The translations under genes and the position numbers were made by a program. Positions 60,490-64,000 of a stretch of DNA of 64,000 bases are shown piece by piece (position 1 is the stretch's first letter; every line of letters begins with the position of its first letter). The notes under the pieces are model-generated. The model did not search any database, was not told the DNA's origin, and saw nothing but the letters and a program-made list of their open reading frames with translations. Source of the stretch: Microgenomates group bacterium (lineage in GTDB: Bacteria; Patescibacteriota; Microgenomatia; UBA10105; UBA927); contig JBAQFJ010000001.1 in assembly GCA_049287205.1 (NCBI GenBank), forward strand, positions 447,041 to 511,040. Reading direction: 5' to 3'.

Positions 60490-61852
60490 GTTTAAATTGT
60501 TTGCCGCGCTCTTTATAATTGGTAAACATTCCAAATGATGCGCATGCTGGCGACAACAACACAACACTTCCCGGTTTAGCAAGCTTTGCAGCTTGCGCAA
60601 CAATTTCGTGCATATTTTTGCACCCAGCGAGAATTTTCCCTTTAAATTGCGCCGAGGTTAATGCCTCTGTGATACGTGTCGTCATCTCTCCTACAACTAC
60701 CGCTCCGACGACATTGCTTTTTGCGATATATTCTCCCATGATTGTAAAATCCGATTTCTTTTCTGAGCCTCCTAAGATTAAAACCTTCGGCTCCTCAAAC
60801 GATTCAATTGCAGCAATTGTTGTGTCAGGAACTGTTGAAAATGAATCATTATAATAGGAAACTTCTCGGACTGTTCGAACAAATTCCAACCGATGCTCCA
60901 ACCCTTTAAATGCAAGAACTGCTTTCTGAATAGTTGGAATCGGAATGCCTATGGAACGGCATGCAAGCGTCGCAGCTGCAATATCTTCCAAATTATGATC
61001 TCCTCGCACCTGTATTGTACTAGCGTTTGCAATTTCAACAATAACACCTTCTTCAACGAGCTGTACCGTATGATTTTCAACATAACAGTCAGCCTCTGTG
61101 CCGTACCGGTCAAAATACACTTTTTTTGCTGTTGTCATATCCGCGAATGACCGCGCTGTACTGTCTCCCCTGTTAATTACTGCAATATCATCCGAATTTT
61201 GATGGCGAACTATGTTTGATTTTGCTTCAACATACGCTTCCCGAGTCTCATGATAATTCGTAGCGTTCACGTCAAAATTTGCCAAATGATCCTCAGTAAT
61301 ACGTAAAACGACTGCCACATGCGGACTTAAACTCATATCCTCGAGTTGAAACGAAGACAATTCATACACCACAACATCCGATTGTTTTATGGATCTGACG
61401 CGCGATAATAAAGAAACACCGACATTGCCCCCAAGAAACACGGTTTTCCCTGAAGCTTCCGTAATGTCACGAATGAGGGTACTTGTCGTTCCCTTTCCTT
61501 TAGTCCCTGTCACCCCAATAATAGGCGCAGCGCAAAGCTCAAAAAATAATTTTGTCGCGCTCGTAACTTCTATACCGCGGTTTTTGGCGAGTACTAGCTC
61601 TGGAGTTTTCAATGACATTCCCGGAGTTCGAACAATAAGATCCGCACCCTCGATATTGTCTAGATATGTTGCTCCACAATGGAATGTCACAGATGTATCT
61701 TTGTACAAGGCAAGTGTATCTGCAAGCGCACTCTCTTGACGTCTGTCGCAACAAATAATAGTACATCCTTCTGCCAAGAAAAAATCTATGGTATCTTTAC
61801 CTTCAATTGAAATACCGATGATGGCGACTGTTTTCCCGTTAAACTTTGTCAT
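60467..61852 (-). CDS. murD: UDP-N-acetylmuramoylalanine--D-glutamate ligase
   Basis: 461 aa; Mur ligase P-loop GVTGTKGKGTTSTLI; N-terminal Rossmann domain VAIIGISIEGKD. Confidence 0.9.
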   Translation of the reverse strand: MTKFNGKTVAIIGISIEGKDTIDFFLAEGCTIICCDRRQESALADTLALYKDTSVTFHCGATYLDNIEGADLIVRTPGMSLKTPELVLAKNRGIEVTSATKLFFELCAAPIIGVTGTKGKGTTSTLIRDITEASGKTVFLGGNVGVSLLSRVRSIKQSDVVVYELSSFQLEDMSLSPHVAVVLRITEDHLANFDVNATNYHETREAYVEAKSNIVRHQNSDDIAVINRGDSTARSFADMTTAKKVYFDRYGTEADCYVENHTVQLVEEGVIVEIANASTIQVRGDHNLEDIAAATLACRSIGIPIPTIQKAVLAFKGLEHRLEFVRTVREVSYYNDSFSTVPDTTIAAIESFEEPKVLILGGSEKKSDFTIMGEYIAKSNVVGAVVVGEMTTRITEALTSAQFKGKILAGCKNMHEIVAQAAKLAKPGSVVLLSPACASFGMFTNYKERGKQFKHEVLTLA

Positions 61853-61861
61853 ACATCTATT

Positions 61862-62653
61862 TTAAGAGATTACCCTATGTTCGACAACTATATCGTGTCC
61901 TAAAAGTCTCGACATAACACGCGAAACTACTTCGGTGTTTCCTGTCGTAAAAAATGTATAGGTTGGTGTACCAGATGATGCTATGCCATTGTTGCTGATA
62001 ATTCTCTCTGTCTGCCTTGCTATTGCACTAGCAGAATCAAGAATGAGAACAGACGAACCAAAATAACCAGCCACCTCATGTTTAATAAACGGATAATGTG
62101 TGCATCCCAATATGACAACATCAATAGGCTTGTCTGTAATCGGCTTACACATACGAGAAAGTTCACTTTTTATTTTCTCTGTTTCATTTTTTTCTGACTC
62201 TATATACGAAACCAATTTGGAGCTGCCGAGAGAAAATACTGATGCGTCAGGCGCAAAATCAGTTATCAGTTTTTTTACATAGCCGCTTTTTGCAGTAAAT
62301 TTGGTTGAGAGGATACAAATGTTTTTTGTTTTTGTTATGCCAGACGCTGTTTTAATAACAGGAACAACGCCAATGATTGGAAAAGTAGGAAACTGTTTTC
62401 TGTACCAATCAATTCCTGCAACCGTGGCTGTATTGCATGCAATAACACATAGCTTACAGTTCTGTTGTATCAGATGCGTAATTAATTTTGCTACTCTCAC
62501 CCGTATATATCGTCTTGTTTTATCACTATATGGCGCGTTTGCATGATCACCAAGGTAGATAATCGACTCATGCGGCAAGTTGGTTGAGAGAGCGTTCCAT
62601 ATTGATAATCCACCCGAACCAGAATCAATGATTCCTATTGGACGTGTATCCAT
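61862..62653 (-). CDS. murI: glutamate racemase
   Basis: Start trimmed to MDTRPIGIIDSGSGGLS; catalytic Cys motifs IACNTAT and ILGCTHYP. Confidence 0.85.
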   Translation of the reverse strand: MDTRPIGIIDSGSGGLSIWNALSTNLPHESIIYLGDHANAPYSDKTRRYIRVRVAKLITHLIQQNCKLCVIACNTATVAGIDWYRKQFPTFPIIGVVPVIKTASGITKTKNICILSTKFTAKSGYVKKLITDFAPDASVFSLGSSKLVSYIESEKNETEKIKSELSRMCKPITDKPIDVVILGCTHYPFIKHEVAGYFGSSVLILDSASAIARQTERIISNNGIASSGTPTYTFFTTGNTEVVSRVMSRLLGHDIVVEHRVIS

Positions 62654-62670
62654 ACTGTTTTTTAGAAGTG

Positions 62671-63714
62671 TTACATCGGTTTCTGTGTCAAAAAGGCAAA
62701 GAATAACCCGAATACCGCAAACACAATGGAAAGAATCCAAAAACGCATCACGATTTTTGGCTCTTGCCACCCTGCATACTGCAAGAACAAATGAAACGGC
62801 GCTGCAGGAAATGCTTTTTTATGAAAGAATTTTTTCGATAATAACTGAATCAAAGACGATGCGACTTCTATTACGAAAACAAATCCGATAATGATGAGTG
62901 CCGGAGCTTTTCCAAGAATGAGTCCAACGACCGCGAAGGTTGCACCAAATGACAGAGCTCCCACGTCGCCTAAAAAGATACGCGCGGGGTATACATTAAA
63001 ATATAAAAACGCCAAAAGACTCCCGATCCAGAGTGCCAAAAATACAGAAAGCGGGGTATCAAGAATAGACGCACTCACTATCCAAAATGCGAAAAGTGCA
63101 ATCATCAATACCCCTGATGCAAGCCCGTCCAATCCGTCGGTAATATTGAATGCATTGGCAAATGAAATAATGGTAAACATCGAAAATGGTATGAACCACC
63201 ACCCCATGTGAATGACACCAACAAGCGGCACATAAAAAATATTTATATGAAGATCAGTCACGAGCCAAAAACTGATTACTGCCGCGATAATAATTTCTAG
63301 AATTAATTTATGGCGAAGCCGAAGCCCAAAAAAATCTGATTTCCAAACAAACGTCTTTTTCATATCATCAAGAAGTCCCAAAAGTCCAAATGAAACAAAC
63401 GTAAACAATAAAATTTTAATTTCTGACGCCATTGGGTACACAGAGGTGATCGGTACCCAAAAATATTTCATCAGAAACAATGCGAGCGGAAATAACAACG
63501 TCGTCACAAGGATGATCAGTACCCCGCCGCCAACAGGAGTTCCGGTTTTCATCTGGTGAAATTTGTCAAATATCGGAGTGCGTTTATTAAATGCATCAAG
63601 TGTCACCTGATTCATACGCTGCATACGAAGATTGTAAAGCAACTTAATAAACGGAATATATAAACTGCTGCTGACTATCCAAGAAAATAATAATGCGCCA
63701 AGTAAAAAAACCAT
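62671..63714 (-). CDS. mraY: phospho-N-acetylmuramoyl-pentapeptide transferase
   Basis: Start trimmed to MVFLLGALLF; motifs NAFNITDGLDGLA and GDVGALSFGA typical of MraY. Confidence 0.9.
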   Translation of the reverse strand: MVFLLGALLFSWIVSSSLYIPFIKLLYNLRMQRMNQVTLDAFNKRTPIFDKFHQMKTGTPVGGGVLIILVTTLLFPLALFLMKYFWVPITSVYPMASEIKILLFTFVSFGLLGLLDDMKKTFVWKSDFFGLRLRHKLILEIIIAAVISFWLVTDLHINIFYVPLVGVIHMGWWFIPFSMFTIISFANAFNITDGLDGLASGVLMIALFAFWIVSASILDTPLSVFLALWIGSLLAFLYFNVYPARIFLGDVGALSFGATFAVVGLILGKAPALIIIGFVFVIEVASSLIQLLSKKFFHKKAFPAAPFHLFLQYAGWQEPKIVMRFWILSIVFAVFGLFFAFLTQKPM

Positions 63715-63718
63715 AGTA

Positions 63719-64000
63719 TTACAAGGAAATAAAATACGGAATAAATATACACACTGCAACAATAACCGCGCCAAGTGCTGTCAGAAGCATCATTCCCGCC
63801 GCAACATCTTTAGCAATTTTTGCATCTTCACGGCGTTCTTTGGTAATAAGATCGGTCATCGCCTCAATGGAGGTATTAATCATCTCGGCAGTTAATCCAA
63901 GAATAATCGTGAAGATAATAATAGCCATTTCTACAAATGTTATCTGAAGAACAAATCCAAGCATGAGCGCTAGCACCGATAAAATAAGATGAATCCGAAA
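63719..64000 (-). CDS. dgkA: diacylglycerol/undecaprenol kinase DgkA family, partial (N-terminus beyond window end)
   Basis: C-terminal DgkA motif TAEMINTSIEAMTD; the reading frame stays open to position 64000. Confidence 0.7.
   Translation of the reverse strand, partial: FRIHLILSVLALMLGFVLQITFVEMAIIIFTIILGLTAEMINTSIEAMTDLITKERREDAKIAKDVAAGMMLLTALGAVIVAVCIFIPYFISL

Overview
This 64 kb window reads as a small-genome bacterium, possibly CPR/Patescibacteria-like or Gram-positive-like; I cannot determine the lineage from sequence alone. About two thirds is densely packed, co-directional (minus-strand) housekeeping DNA and about 20 kb in the middle is accessory. No rRNA, CRISPR array, integrase or transposase was seen.

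Core genes on the minus strand, in the order they occur:
- Left block: partial P-type ATPase, YraN, L19, CTP synthase, CBS protein, Upp.
- A complete F1Fo ATP synthase operon (atpZ-B-E-F-H-A-G-D-C).
- Replication, translation and envelope: dnaE, gatCAB, murT/gatD lipid II amidation pair, htpX/lemA, PolX.
- Right block: lepB, parB, L21/L27 with an RNA methyltransferase between them, rodA, T-box-regulated ileS, a DUF2079 membrane protein.
- A division/cell-wall (dcw) cluster (ftsZ-ftsA-ftsQ-murG-ftsW-murD-murI-mraY-dgkA).

The accessory stretch (about 24.7-45.7 kb) is punctuated by four tRNAs (Asp, Gly, Thr, Val) and holds the candidate novel systems:
1. A translationally coupled HTH/alpha-helical (possible HEPN-like Rx4H) protein plus compact UvrD-like helicase operon between tRNA-Gly and tRNA-Thr.
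2. A surface glycan/protein-glycosylation gene cluster.
3. A strongly AT-rich island with a SAM-MTase, a DUF3800-like protein and a divergent PIN-like protein plus small TM protein.
4. A module of small unknown proteins bracketed by a repeated structured DNA element.
5. Three tandem paralogous approx. 165-200 aa proteins that look like degenerate macro-like (Rossmann) domains.

Several long-spaced perfect inverted repeats sit in the divergent promoter regions of these accessory modules.

All functional calls are from motif and pattern recognition on the translated ORFs. No database searches were possible.
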